From positions 6,152 through 70,151 of the forward strand of contig CAZVFX010000020.1 of NCBI GenBank assembly GCA_964626565.1: 64,000 bases of DNA, written 5' to 3'. How positions within the stretch are numbered: the stretch's first letter is position 1; each line of letters begins with the position of its first letter. The notes below the pieces were generated by a model, which saw only the letters and a list, made by a program, of their open reading frames with translations, was not told the DNA's origin and made no database searches. The translations under genes were made by a program, and so were the position numbers. This stretch comes from an uncultured Myxococcales bacterium. GTDB taxonomy: Bacteria > Myxococcota_A > UBA9042 > CAIXZC01. Of this stretch, positions 8,708-17,426 are shown piece by piece.

Positions 8708-10584
8708 TTGATAACCTCCTGGAACCGAAAGGACTCCATGGTGATGGCGTCCACCGGGCAGCGCTCAGAGCACAGCCCGCATCGAATACACCGGGTCTCA
8801 TCCTTGATGATCGCGCCTGCTCCTCCCGGCCCCGCATCGCCGTAGCGGGCCGCAACCAGTTGGGCCAGCGACTCATCTCCCTCCAGCCGGCCCACGGACA
8901 CCAGCCGCAAGCAGCGCTCCGGGCATACATCGGCGCATCCGCCACAAAGGATGCAGCGATCGCCGTTGAATATGGTGTTCACCGCGCAATCAAGGCAGCG
9001 AGCGCCTTGCCTTTCCCCCTGCTCCTCTCCGAATCCAAGCTCTACCACCGCCTCCATGGAGCCCTTGCGCTCCTCAGCAGACATGGCCGGAATCTCCTCC
9101 CTCGGCAGGGACTCGAAGCCGGCTTCCCGCGAATAGCCCTTCACCATGGAGTGAACGCATGTCGACTCCAAACCCAGTTCGACTCCGGTGAGGTGCTTGT
9201 AGATGGCACGGGCAGCCTGCTTACCGCTGGCTATGGCGTCAATCATCAGGCCAGGACCCAGGGCTACATCACCAGCCGCAAAGACCCCTTCCCCCCGGGT
9301 CACGACCTTCGTATCGTCCAGTTGCAGCAATCCACGATCGGTCAACTCAACGTCTGCCGCGTCAACGAAAGACAGGTCGACCGTCTGCCCGACGGAAAGA
9401 AAGACCTGGTCAGCCTCCAGAACCATACTTTCGGCTTCATCAAAAACCGGTGCGAAACGGCCGTCATCACCGAAAACCCGAGAGCAACGCACGAACTTCA
9501 CCCCTCGCGCACGCCCCGCATCATCCACCAGGATCTCCCGGGGCCCCCAGGAATTGTGCCTGATGACACCCTCTTCCTCGCCTTCCTCAATCTCCACAGA
9601 ATCAGCGGGCATTTCGTCGAGAGATTCCAAGCTGACCAGATGCACCTGCTGCACACCCGATTGCCGGACCAGGGTCCGGGACACGTCGTAGCCGGTTTGC
9701 CGCACCAGGGTCCGGGCGACATCGTAGGCGACGTTGCCGCCACCGATGACAACCACCTTTTCCCCCAGTTCATGCCCCTGTCCCAACGCTATGTCCCGTA
9801 GCAGGTCGACGCCGCCGATAACCCCAGGAGCATCTATGTTGGGCAACGGAATCTTGCGCGATTTCTTGGCTCCTACAGCGATTAGCACAGCGTCGTGGCT
9901 TTGACGCAGTTCGGCCAAAGTCACGTCCTTTCCCACCGCTACATTGCAGCGGATTTCAGTACCCATGGCCTCAATAACGCTGACCTCCGCGCGAATTAGC
10001 TCCCGCGGCAGACGATACGACGGCACCCCCAGGTACAGCATCCCCGCCGGTACCGGCTCCATTTCGTAGATGACGGGCTTGACGCCCATGAGGCACAGGT
10101 CGTGGGCCGCGGCCAGCCCCGCAGGGCCCGAGCCGATAATGCCCACACTCTTCCCAGACCCTTCCACTGGCAAATCGACGTCATTGAAGTGACGCAGGAG
10201 GTTCTCGGTTACCTCATAATCCGCGCAATCTGCGGCCGCGTCCCAGTTGCGCCGGACGTGGCCCAACTCCTTGCCCCCCTCCAGCCCGGCCTCGGGGCCG
10301 AATCGAGAACTCACAAAACGCTTGAGAGCGCGAATCGAAACTGCCTCATCGATGTCGGCCCGCCGGCAAGCCGCCTCGCAAGGTGCGCCGCAAATGCGAC
10401 CACAAATGGAGGCGAGGGGATTGGGAGCACGGGCAATGAGGTACGCCTTTTCGTAGTCGCCTTGGGCGATGGCCCGCACGTACCCCCTGGAATCGGTGCG
10501 CACCGGGCACTCCGCCTGGCACTTGATCTGTTCCCTCCAATACGCCCGGTCGGGCACCCGCACCGTAAACCTCTCAGCAGCCAT
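8704..10584 (-). CDS. GltD/NfnB-like FAD, NAD(P)-binding Fe-S oxidoreductase with C-terminal ferredoxin domain
   Basis: CQAECP and [15 protein letters not shown] clusters; GSGPAG and GGGNVA dinucleotide motifs; FAAGD; [12 protein letters not shown] and [12 protein letters not shown]; no signal peptide; ATGA overlap with Rieske gene. Confidence 0.9.
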   Translation of the reverse strand: MAAERFTVRVPDRAYWREQIKCQAECPVRTDSRGYVRAIAQGDYEKAYLIARAPNPLASICGRICGAPCEAACRRADIDEAVSIRALKRFVSSRFGPEAGLEGGKELGHVRRNWDAAADCADYEVTENLLRHFNDVDLPVEGSGKSVGIIGSGPAGLAAAHDLCLMGVKPVIYEMEPVPAGMLYLGVPSYRLPRELIRAEVSVIEAMGTEIRCNVAVGKDVTLAELRQSHDAVLIAVGAKKSRKIPLPNIDAPGVIGGVDLLRDIALGQGHELGEKVVVIGGGNVAYDVARTLVRQTGYDVSRTLVRQSGVQQVHLVSLESLDEMPADSVEIEEGEEEGVIRHNSWGPREILVDDAGRARGVKFVRCSRVFGDDGRFAPVFDEAESMVLEADQVFLSVGQTVDLSFVDAADVELTDRGLLQLDDTKVVTRGEGVFAAGDVALGPGLMIDAIASGKQAARAIYKHLTGVELGLESTCVHSMVKGYSREAGFESLPREEIPAMSAEERKGSMEAVVELGFGEEQGERQGARCLDCAVNTIFNGDRCILCGGCADVCPERCLRLVSVGRLEGDESLAQLVAARYGDAGPGGAGAIIKDETRCIRCGLCSERCPVDAITMESFRFQEVIK

Positions 10585-10636
10585 GACCGTGTCCCCGTTC
10601 TGCAGTCACCCCCCATCTATCAGATGGGAGTTGTCT

Positions 10637-10665
10637 ATTCTGGCCCCGCAGGGGCCTTTCGTCAA
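10637..10665 (-). promoter_or_regulatory. Candidate sigma70 promoter of the bc/nap operon
   Basis: Minus strand TTGACG-N17-CAGAAT about 50 nt upstream of the ATG at 10584. Confidence 0.4.
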
Positions 10666-10762
10666 CCGCAAGTTGACAAATGGACATGTTTATCCCTAGT
10701 TAGCTACTCAACTGAGCTCTTTCGAGATAGACACGAGGTGCAGCTTGGGAACGATTCAGCCG

Positions 10763-11560
10763 TTAGGCAAGGTCATATACTGCGGTATTTCGGTCATTCA
10801 GGTGAAAAACTAAAGATTCCTTGACCGTCTCGGGGCTGATGGTCGCGGTGATCATCTGCTCGCCGCCTCTGGCTTGCGCGATTACCCGGGCGCAGGGGTC
10901 CACTACCATGGAGTGGCCGAAGTAGTAGTTGCCGTTGGCGTCGGCGCCTACTGAGTTCACTGCGATGAAGTGAATCTGGTTGTCGTAGGCCCTCGCCCGG
11001 TTGGTTAGAGACCAGATGTCGAAGTCACGCAAGAGCGCCGACGGCCGGATCACTACGTCCGCACCCTTCAGCGCCAGAGTCCGCACCAACTCGGGGAAAT
11101 CACCATCGTAGCAGATAACCATCCCGATCTTTGCAAACGGGGTGTCAAAAACCTCAACCTCGGTGCCCGGCGTCGTGTAGATCTGCTCCGTTGGGAAGGG
11201 ATGGGTCTTGCGGTACACGCCGATGATGTTACCGACGTCACCGATGAGAATCGACGCGTTGAAAATTACGCCCCCCGTCCCCTGCTCCCAGATGGGCCAG
11301 ACCACGTGCACGCCGTGGTGGGCCGCCCGTGCCTGAATCGCCTCGGTCCACGCCCCGGGAATCGGTTGCAGCAGCTTCCAGAATTCCTCTTTGGGCATGC
11401 CCGGATGGAAGCCGGTAGTGATGGTTTCGGGAAACACCACCAGGTCCGGCGAATGCTCCGCCACCGCCCGGTCCAGCCAGTCAATGCACTTGGTGATGTT
11501 GGCATCGGCATCCAGCGGCTTCACCGCAAACTGAATGCAGCAGACTTTGAACTCTTTCAT
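10763..11560 (-). CDS. Carbon-nitrogen hydrolase (nitrilase superfamily)
   Basis: Glu-Lys-Cys triad in FPETITTG, YRKTHPF, ICYDGDFPE; start reset to ATG 11560 (MKEFKVCC), just after the cyclase stop. Confidence 0.92.
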   Translation of the reverse strand: MKEFKVCCIQFAVKPLDADANITKCIDWLDRAVAEHSPDLVVFPETITTGFHPGMPKEEFWKLLQPIPGAWTEAIQARAAHHGVHVVWPIWEQGTGGVIFNASILIGDVGNIIGVYRKTHPFPTEQIYTTPGTEVEVFDTPFAKIGMVICYDGDFPELVRTLALKGADVVIRPSALLRDFDIWSLTNRARAYDNQIHFIAVNSVGADANGNYYFGHSMVVDPCARVIAQARGGEQMITATISPETVKESLVFHLNDRNTAVYDLA

Positions 11561-11562
11561 GG

Positions 11563-12327
11563 CTAGTGTTCCTCGAAGGCCACCACCCGGCAGAATGCAG
11601 ACTCGCCATCCACGAACCGCCACGGGAAGCAACCGATCTTGATGCGTTTGTTCAACACCTCGTCGATCTGGCCGCCGATGTTCTCCACGTGAATCACGCC
11701 GTCCGGGAACAACGCCAGGTGCATCAACTGGTAATCTTTGGTGCTGAAGAAATCGTCCAGCCCCTTGCCGTAGTTCTTCTGCAACGCGGCGTCCGCCTCA
11801 ATGGCCAGGTGCGGCATCCAATCCTTGATCTTCGTATTGAACGGATGGTCCGCAGACCCGCAATCGACCCCGATCCACTTGAGCTTCAGGTCCCGCGCCC
11901 AGTCGGCAAATTCCATGGTCGGACCCGGGTGTTTGCACATGTAGCGCACTTCGTCAGCCTCCGGCTGGTCCCACCCGTAACGGTGGTACCCGGTATTAAT
12001 TATAAGAATGTCCCGGGGCTTCACCTCTACCCGATCGGTAATATCTTTCGAAGTGTAGACTCCATAGTCCACCGCGATGTCGGAAAGGTCCACGACTACC
12101 GCGTCGCCGTACAGCTCCTCCAGCGGCAGCGACGCGATGTCCTTGCCCGCACCGTAAAAGTGCAGCGGGCCGTCCAGGTGCGTGCCCACATGATTCGAAG
12201 TGGTGATCAACTGCCCGTTGGCGCCGTTGGGCGCCAGGCGTTTGAAGAATTTTACCTGGAGCGGCTCATAAGTTGGCCACGGCGGAGTCAGGATGCCGCA
12301 TCTTTGTGACAGGTCGTACAGTTTCAT
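11563..12327 (-). CDS. Cyclase / kynurenine-formamidase-family metal hydrolase
   Basis: HVGTHLDGPLHF (HxGTHxDxPxHF), HVENIGG, C-terminal RVVAF. Confidence 0.92.
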   Translation of the reverse strand: MKLYDLSQRCGILTPPWPTYEPLQVKFFKRLAPNGANGQLITTSNHVGTHLDGPLHFYGAGKDIASLPLEELYGDAVVVDLSDIAVDYGVYTSKDITDRVEVKPRDILIINTGYHRYGWDQPEADEVRYMCKHPGPTMEFADWARDLKLKWIGVDCGSADHPFNTKIKDWMPHLAIEADAALQKNYGKGLDDFFSTKDYQLMHLALFPDGVIHVENIGGQIDEVLNKRIKIGCFPWRFVDGESAFCRVVAFEEH

Positions 12328-12339
12328 TCTTTACCCCCT

Positions 12340-13548
12340 CTACTCGCGATAGTCGTTCAGGTTCAACAGCTTCCCGTGGCTTATCACCGCCGCGGGTTCG
12401 GCATGATTACGAAGTGCATCTGTGATGTTGTTTTCCTTCAGCACCACCAGGTGAGCAGTCATTCCCACGTCCAGGCCAAAATCCAATACGTTGATGCACT
12501 TGGCAGCCGCGGTGGTAACCATGTCGTACAGCACATGCATCTCCTCTACGGTGGTCATCCATAGAAGGTGGGAATTCAGAAAGGCCACTTCCAGCATATT
12601 GTTGCGGCCGTACGGGTAGTAAGCGTCGGAGATGTCGTCTTGTCCCAGGCAAACAAGGTTGCCTTCAGCAAGCAGCTCTTTCACCCGGGCGTGAAGCGGC
12701 CCGGTGTGCGGGTCGCTCACAACCCCCATCTTCGCCATCTTCAACAGCGCGGACAGCTTCTGAAAATAGGGAGTTGGATACAGCGCCATGGCCCGGGCGT
12801 GATGGGCCAGCCCCCTTCCCTCCATGCGATTCTCGATAAGCGCGGTGGCCAGCATTTCCGTAGTTTTGAGACCCGCGTCGCCAGCATCATCCACCAACAT
12901 GGAGACGTCAGTGTTAAACTCCTTGGCCAGGGCCACCATCTTGTCCACGTGGTCCTGCTCATCGGCTTCGGTAAACTCGATCCACGGGATGCCGCCAACC
13001 ACGTCAGCGCCCAGCTCCATGGCCTCCCGCACCAGCTCCGCCGTCCCCGGCTCCCGGGCCACGCCATCCTGGGGGAAAGCCACCACCTGCAGGTCAACGA
13101 TCCCCTTGAACTCATCCCGCACCTTCAGCAGCGATTTCAGCCCGATGAGCTGCGCCTTACTGTCGATATCGGCAAACGCCCGAATGTGCAGGTTGCCGTT
13201 GAGCGCCGCCAGCTTCACAGCCCTGCGCACATTGGGCACAATCCACTCTTCGTCGTACTGCTCCTTGACCTTGGCCGCGGACTCGATCGCGGTCATCGCC
13301 TTGCCCATGCCGTCTGCATGGTAGTCGGCCAGCGCGGCTTCGGACATCTTCTCCAGCGTATACACTTTGCACAGGTGCAGGTGAGTGTTCACAAACGACT
13401 CGGTGACCAGCCCGCCTCCCGCATCCACCACTTCCGCGTCCGGTGCCGAAATCCCCTCTTCGATGGCCGCAATCCGGCCGTCATTTATGAGGATGTCCAC
13501 AACTTCGCCGGTGCGACGCAACCGGCCGTTCTTGATGAGAATGCTCAT
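12340..13548 (-). CDS. Metal-dependent amidohydrolase, cytosine/creatinine deaminase-like
   Basis: THLHLCK (HxH), VVAFPQDG, VVGGIP, HHARAM, LGQDDISDAYYPYG, GMTAHLVV. Confidence 0.88.
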   Translation of the reverse strand: MSILIKNGRLRRTGEVVDILINDGRIAAIEEGISAPDAEVVDAGGGLVTESFVNTHLHLCKVYTLEKMSEAALADYHADGMGKAMTAIESAAKVKEQYDEEWIVPNVRRAVKLAALNGNLHIRAFADIDSKAQLIGLKSLLKVRDEFKGIVDLQVVAFPQDGVAREPGTAELVREAMELGADVVGGIPWIEFTEADEQDHVDKMVALAKEFNTDVSMLVDDAGDAGLKTTEMLATALIENRMEGRGLAHHARAMALYPTPYFQKLSALLKMAKMGVVSDPHTGPLHARVKELLAEGNLVCLGQDDISDAYYPYGRNNMLEVAFLNSHLLWMTTVEEMHVLYDMVTTAAAKCINVLDFGLDVGMTAHLVVLKENNITDALRNHAEPAAVISHGKLLNLNDYRE

Positions 13549-13564
13549 TATTTACCCCCCCAAT

Positions 13565-14965
13565 TCATGCCTGGTCTTTTCTGGCAAAAGCTGCGAGCGC
13601 CGCCTCGAACATCTCCCGCGGCGCATACAACAGGCCGGCGCCGACCTGGCCAATGCCCGGCTCTTTGTGCGCGATGCCCGTATTGATAATCGGTGTCGTG
13701 CCCGTCTCCACCACTTTTCGAATGTCCACCCCCACCGGGGTCCCCGCGAAATCCAGCCCGGGCATCTTGTAATGAAGATGCCGGCCGACACAAATTCCAT
13801 ACATCTCACGGGTGTATCTGATCGCGTCCTCCGGCGTGCCACCCACGAACTGCACAATGGCCGGCGCGGACGCCATGGCGAACCCGCCAATACCCGCCAC
13901 CTCCGAAATGGTCGAATCGCCCAGATCCGGATTGGCGTCCTCCTGAGAAAAGCCGGCAAAGAACAGCCCTTCCGGCATGCCCGCCGGCGCGGTGAACCAC
14001 CTGTCTGAAAGACCAGCCACCCTGATGCCGATTTCGGTACCGTTGCGCGCCATGGCGCTCACCAACGTGCTGTTCTCCAACCCCAACACCGTGTCCGCCA
14101 CAGCCTTGCACGCAGCCATTGATACGTTGAGGTAGAAATGCACGTTCCCGGAGATGAACTCGGCTATCTGCCCGATGGTCTTCTTGCGCAAGCCGGTGTT
14201 GAGCATCGCGGCGGTCAAGTCCCGCAGCAGCATGGTGGTAGCAGCCACGTTTCGATTGTGGCACTCATCGCCCATCTGCAACGCCTGGGCGGTGAGGTTC
14301 CTCAGGTTGATACCGCCCGACGCTGCCACAGCCTTCTTCAACGCGGGCGCCAGCACCCTCTCCATCCATTTCAGCCGGCGAATCACTTCAGAGTCGTAGG
14401 CACCGAATCTGAGCACTTTGCCCAGCCCCTCGTTGAGGGTGCAATAGGCGGTGTTTCCGAATGTCTCGTTGCGCACCACCCACACGTACATGGAAGGGGA
14501 AACCACCCCGGCCATAGGGCCGACGGTGGAGTGATGATGACAGGGGACCAACTTCACCCGCCCCTTCGTTACCAGTCGCTCCGCGGCCGCGCACGAGCGC
14601 GCCTTGCCCTCGTACATAAGCGCGCCCATGACTGCTCCCCGCACCGGGCCACACATGGCCTCCCATGCTACCGGCGGACCGGCGTGGAGAATCGTGTCGG
14701 GCGTCATACCGGGGATGACATCGAGCGCTCGCGCCACGTCCACCAGCACAGCTTCACTGTCGATAAGCCGCTTGACCCCTTCCTCGTTGGCCCGGTCGAT
14801 GGCTTCGTGGTCCAGAGAATCCAGCAATTCGGCTGCGGGAAGCGGCGGTTTCCACTCCACCTGCACCGCGGGGACTCCCTGGTGGCGAAGCGATTCACCG
14901 AACGAATCGAGGCCGAACGACACCACCTTGAGATCATCGCCCAGAAGTTTCGCCCACTTGCTCAT
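13565..14965 (-). CDS. yahG: DUF1116 protein, YahG-type (AllG/YlbE paralog family)
   Basis: N-terminal V.QVEWKPP segment as in YahG; ILHAGPP, PCHHHSTVGPMAG, LNEGLGKVLRFGA, GDECHNRN, NPDLGDSTISE, INTGIAHKEPGIGQVGAG. Confidence 0.88.
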   Translation of the reverse strand: MSKWAKLLGDDLKVVSFGLDSFGESLRHQGVPAVQVEWKPPLPAAELLDSLDHEAIDRANEEGVKRLIDSEAVLVDVARALDVIPGMTPDTILHAGPPVAWEAMCGPVRGAVMGALMYEGKARSCAAAERLVTKGRVKLVPCHHHSTVGPMAGVVSPSMYVWVVRNETFGNTAYCTLNEGLGKVLRFGAYDSEVIRRLKWMERVLAPALKKAVAASGGINLRNLTAQALQMGDECHNRNVAATTMLLRDLTAAMLNTGLRKKTIGQIAEFISGNVHFYLNVSMAACKAVADTVLGLENSTLVSAMARNGTEIGIRVAGLSDRWFTAPAGMPEGLFFAGFSQEDANPDLGDSTISEVAGIGGFAMASAPAIVQFVGGTPEDAIRYTREMYGICVGRHLHYKMPGLDFAGTPVGVDIRKVVETGTTPIINTGIAHKEPGIGQVGAGLLYAPREMFEAALAAFARKDQA

Positions 14966-16518
14966 CGCTCACCTCCCCCCGGGGCCAGCTTGCCCCGGGC
15001 GCAAACCAGGGCCGCAAACCGGGCCGCCTGAGCGTTGGAAGGCATAACCACGACACCCATCTCGTTGAGGGCCCGCTTCTGCCGATGATAGCCCTGAGGA
15101 TCGGCGGGCGTGCCGGTGAGGGACGCAACCACCGCCACATCCCTGTCGGTCGCCCTCTTCAATGACGCAGCCATGGCGCCGGCCGGATCGGGATGGGACC
15201 CGTACCCCAGCACCACATCCAGGAGAAGCACGGCAGTCTGCTTGTCTTCAGCTTCCTGAACGATGCGTTGGTTCCTGGATTCGGAATCGATCATCGGGTG
15301 AGGTCGTCCCTGGGTGAATTCATCGTCTCCCAAGTCCACCAGGCAGTGCCCCTGGCTCACTCGGCTGTCGGCAAGTTTCAACCTCGGGTCCAGTGGGATG
15401 TTACTCCACACGTCGCCTACCACTTCGCTGAGCACCAGCATCGCTTCGTCACACAACGTTCCGCCCGTAAACAAACCGCGAATATACCGGCGCCGGGTCG
15501 CCAGATTGGAACCAAGCGCCTCGGACAAAGCCAGCGTTTCCGCATCAATGCCGGAGCTGCGGGTCAGCGTCTTTTCGCCCCGGCTCCACGCCACGGACAC
15601 CAGCGCCGCCTCTTCAAGTGACGACGCAAAGCGCACCCGCCGGCTACCCCTTCCGGGCCGCTGTCCCAGGAAGTTCACCACGTACCGTTTTTTGCCTCTC
15701 CCGAGCTCCTCTAGGATGAGATTCGCGACATCGTCATCGGGAGGCTTCGACACCAGGCAGATCACCTTGGTTGCCGGATCGGCCTCCAGACGCCGGATCC
15801 CTTCGAGCATGGTCAGCCCACCAACCTCCACAGACAGGTCGCGTCCCCCGGTGCCGATGGCCTGGGAGACGCCTGCGCCTTCCCGATCAATGAGACAGGA
15901 AACCTCCTGGAGGCCGGTGCCCGCGGCGGCCACAATGCCGATATATCCGCGCCGCACCACATTGGCGAAACCGATGGCGATTCCATCCACAATTGCCGTG
16001 CCGCAGTCCGGCCCCATCACGAGCAGACCTTTGTCCGCACCCAGCCTTTTCAACTCGATTTCATCGGCCACCGGCACATTGTCACTGAAGATAAATACGT
16101 TGAGGCCCGCATCCAAGGCCCGCCGGGCTTCCCGTTTCACGTACGGGCCCGGAATGGAGAATAACGCCAGGTTGGCGCCGGGCAACAACTCCCGGGCGGA
16201 TTCCAAACCTGCGGGCCGATGCGCGGTACCTTCCCTACGCTCATTGCGCCCCTGCAGCAACCGGTCCGCTTCATCCGCAGCCCGTTCTCCGGCCTCATCA
16301 TCAAGAGCCGAAATGCACAGGACAAGGTCGTTGGCCCCCGCCGCGGCCGCTTCCGGAGCCAACATGCCCGCGTCCGACAGCAGCTTGAGGTTCGCCGGCG
16401 TCCCCATGACGCAAGCCACTTCATCCACTCCTTCCAACGCCCTCACCGCAGCCGCGATGGTCATTAGAAACACCGAATCCTGGTACATGTTCTTCTTGAC
16501 GACGTTGTGCAAAACCAT
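14962..16518 (-). CDS. fdrA: FdrA/YahF-family acyl-CoA-synthetase-like protein
   Basis: YQDSVFLM, FSDNV, MGPDCGTA, GTGGRDLS, GLFTGGTL, GRPHPMID (phospho-His); start reset to ATG 16518 with GAGGG RBS. Confidence 0.92.
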   Translation of the reverse strand: MVLHNVVKKNMYQDSVFLMTIAAAVRALEGVDEVACVMGTPANLKLLSDAGMLAPEAAAAGANDLVLCISALDDEAGERAADEADRLLQGRNERREGTAHRPAGLESARELLPGANLALFSIPGPYVKREARRALDAGLNVFIFSDNVPVADEIELKRLGADKGLLVMGPDCGTAIVDGIAIGFANVVRRGYIGIVAAAGTGLQEVSCLIDREGAGVSQAIGTGGRDLSVEVGGLTMLEGIRRLEADPATKVICLVSKPPDDDVANLILEELGRGKKRYVVNFLGQRPGRGSRRVRFASSLEEAALVSVAWSRGEKTLTRSSGIDAETLALSEALGSNLATRRRYIRGLFTGGTLCDEAMLVLSEVVGDVWSNIPLDPRLKLADSRVSQGHCLVDLGDDEFTQGRPHPMIDSESRNQRIVQEAEDKQTAVLLLDVVLGYGSHPDPAGAMAASLKRATDRDVAVVASLTGTPADPQGYHRQKRALNEMGVVVMPSNAQAARFAALVCARGKLAPGGGER

Positions 16519-16582
16519 GCTGGTCACCCTCGGAGCCTTGGGAGTGTTTCCGGCGCCCGCGTTTTGACTCCGTTCAGTAAAC

Positions 16583-16611
16583 TTCCCAACGTTTGGCAAG
16601 TCAAGTAGAAT
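16583..16611 (+). promoter_or_regulatory. Candidate sigma70 promoter for the Sel1 lipoprotein gene
   Basis: TTCCCA-N17-TAGAAT in the divergent intergenic gap. Confidence 0.35.
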
Positions 16612-16659
16612 CGATCTGACATGTTTGTATCAGGCGCGTGCCCCCGCGAGGTGAGTTCA

Positions 16660-17415
16660 ATGGCGTTATCCCTAGACAGACCTAGCCGGCGATTGACCTT
16701 TGTCATGCTCCTCGCCGGCTTGACCCTCGGTATTGCCGGCTGCAAGAAGAAGACGCCCGCGGCGCCCGCACCCACAGCCCAGGCGGTAGAAACAGCTCCT
16801 GTGGCAAAGGTCCCCGAGGTCGTTCAACCGCTCCGGAGCCCTGATACCCGTTCGAAACAGCCAACCTCCGCCGACGCACACGTGGCGCCAAAACCGATCG
16901 ACAAAACGGCCTTGAGAGCGACCCTGGCCGCAGACGAAAAGAGCTGTGAAGCGGGGGACGGAGCTGCCTGCGTCAGAGCCGCTGACACTTATGGCACCGT
17001 GAACAAACACATTGACGAAGTCTTTATGGCCTACCTGAATCACCGAGCCTGCTCGGGAGGAGCGCTCGAAGCGTGTAACAAGTTGGGCGACTTGCTGGAG
17101 GAAGGCACGCCGGAAGTACCCGGGGCCCGTTCCCGGTTCGACGACATGTGCAAACACGACAACCTCAACGGCTGTTACGCGCTGGCAGGCATCGAGATGG
17201 GATTCTACGGAGGTGGCCAGGATATGGCCGCGGCCGAAAAGAAGCTGCGGAAACTGTGCGACCGCGGACTCGGAGTCGCGTGCCACGACCTCGCGGTCTT
17301 TTTTGCAATCACCGCCGAAGGCCTCCCGGACGTCGATGCAGCCGTTCCGCTGCTGATCAAATCATGTGAGGCGGGCTGGCCCGCCGCGTGCAAGGCGCTC
17401 TCAGGCGAAGAATAG
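16660..17415 (+). CDS. Lipoprotein with Cys-rich Sel1/Hcp-like repeats
   Basis: GAGGTG RBS before ATG 16660; lipobox IAGC; Pro/Ala linker; five Cx7C repeats such as CEAGDGAAC, CDRGLGVAC, CEAGWPAAC. Confidence 0.8.
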   Translation: MALSLDRPSRRLTFVMLLAGLTLGIAGCKKKTPAAPAPTAQAVETAPVAKVPEVVQPLRSPDTRSKQPTSADAHVAPKPIDKTALRATLAADEKSCEAGDGAACVRAADTYGTVNKHIDEVFMAYLNHRACSGGALEACNKLGDLLEEGTPEVPGARSRFDDMCKHDNLNGCYALAGIEMGFYGGGQDMAAAEKKLRKLCDRGLGVACHDLAVFFAITAEGLPDVDAAVPLLIKSCEAGWPAACKALSGEE

Positions 17416-17426
17416 GAGCGCTCCGA

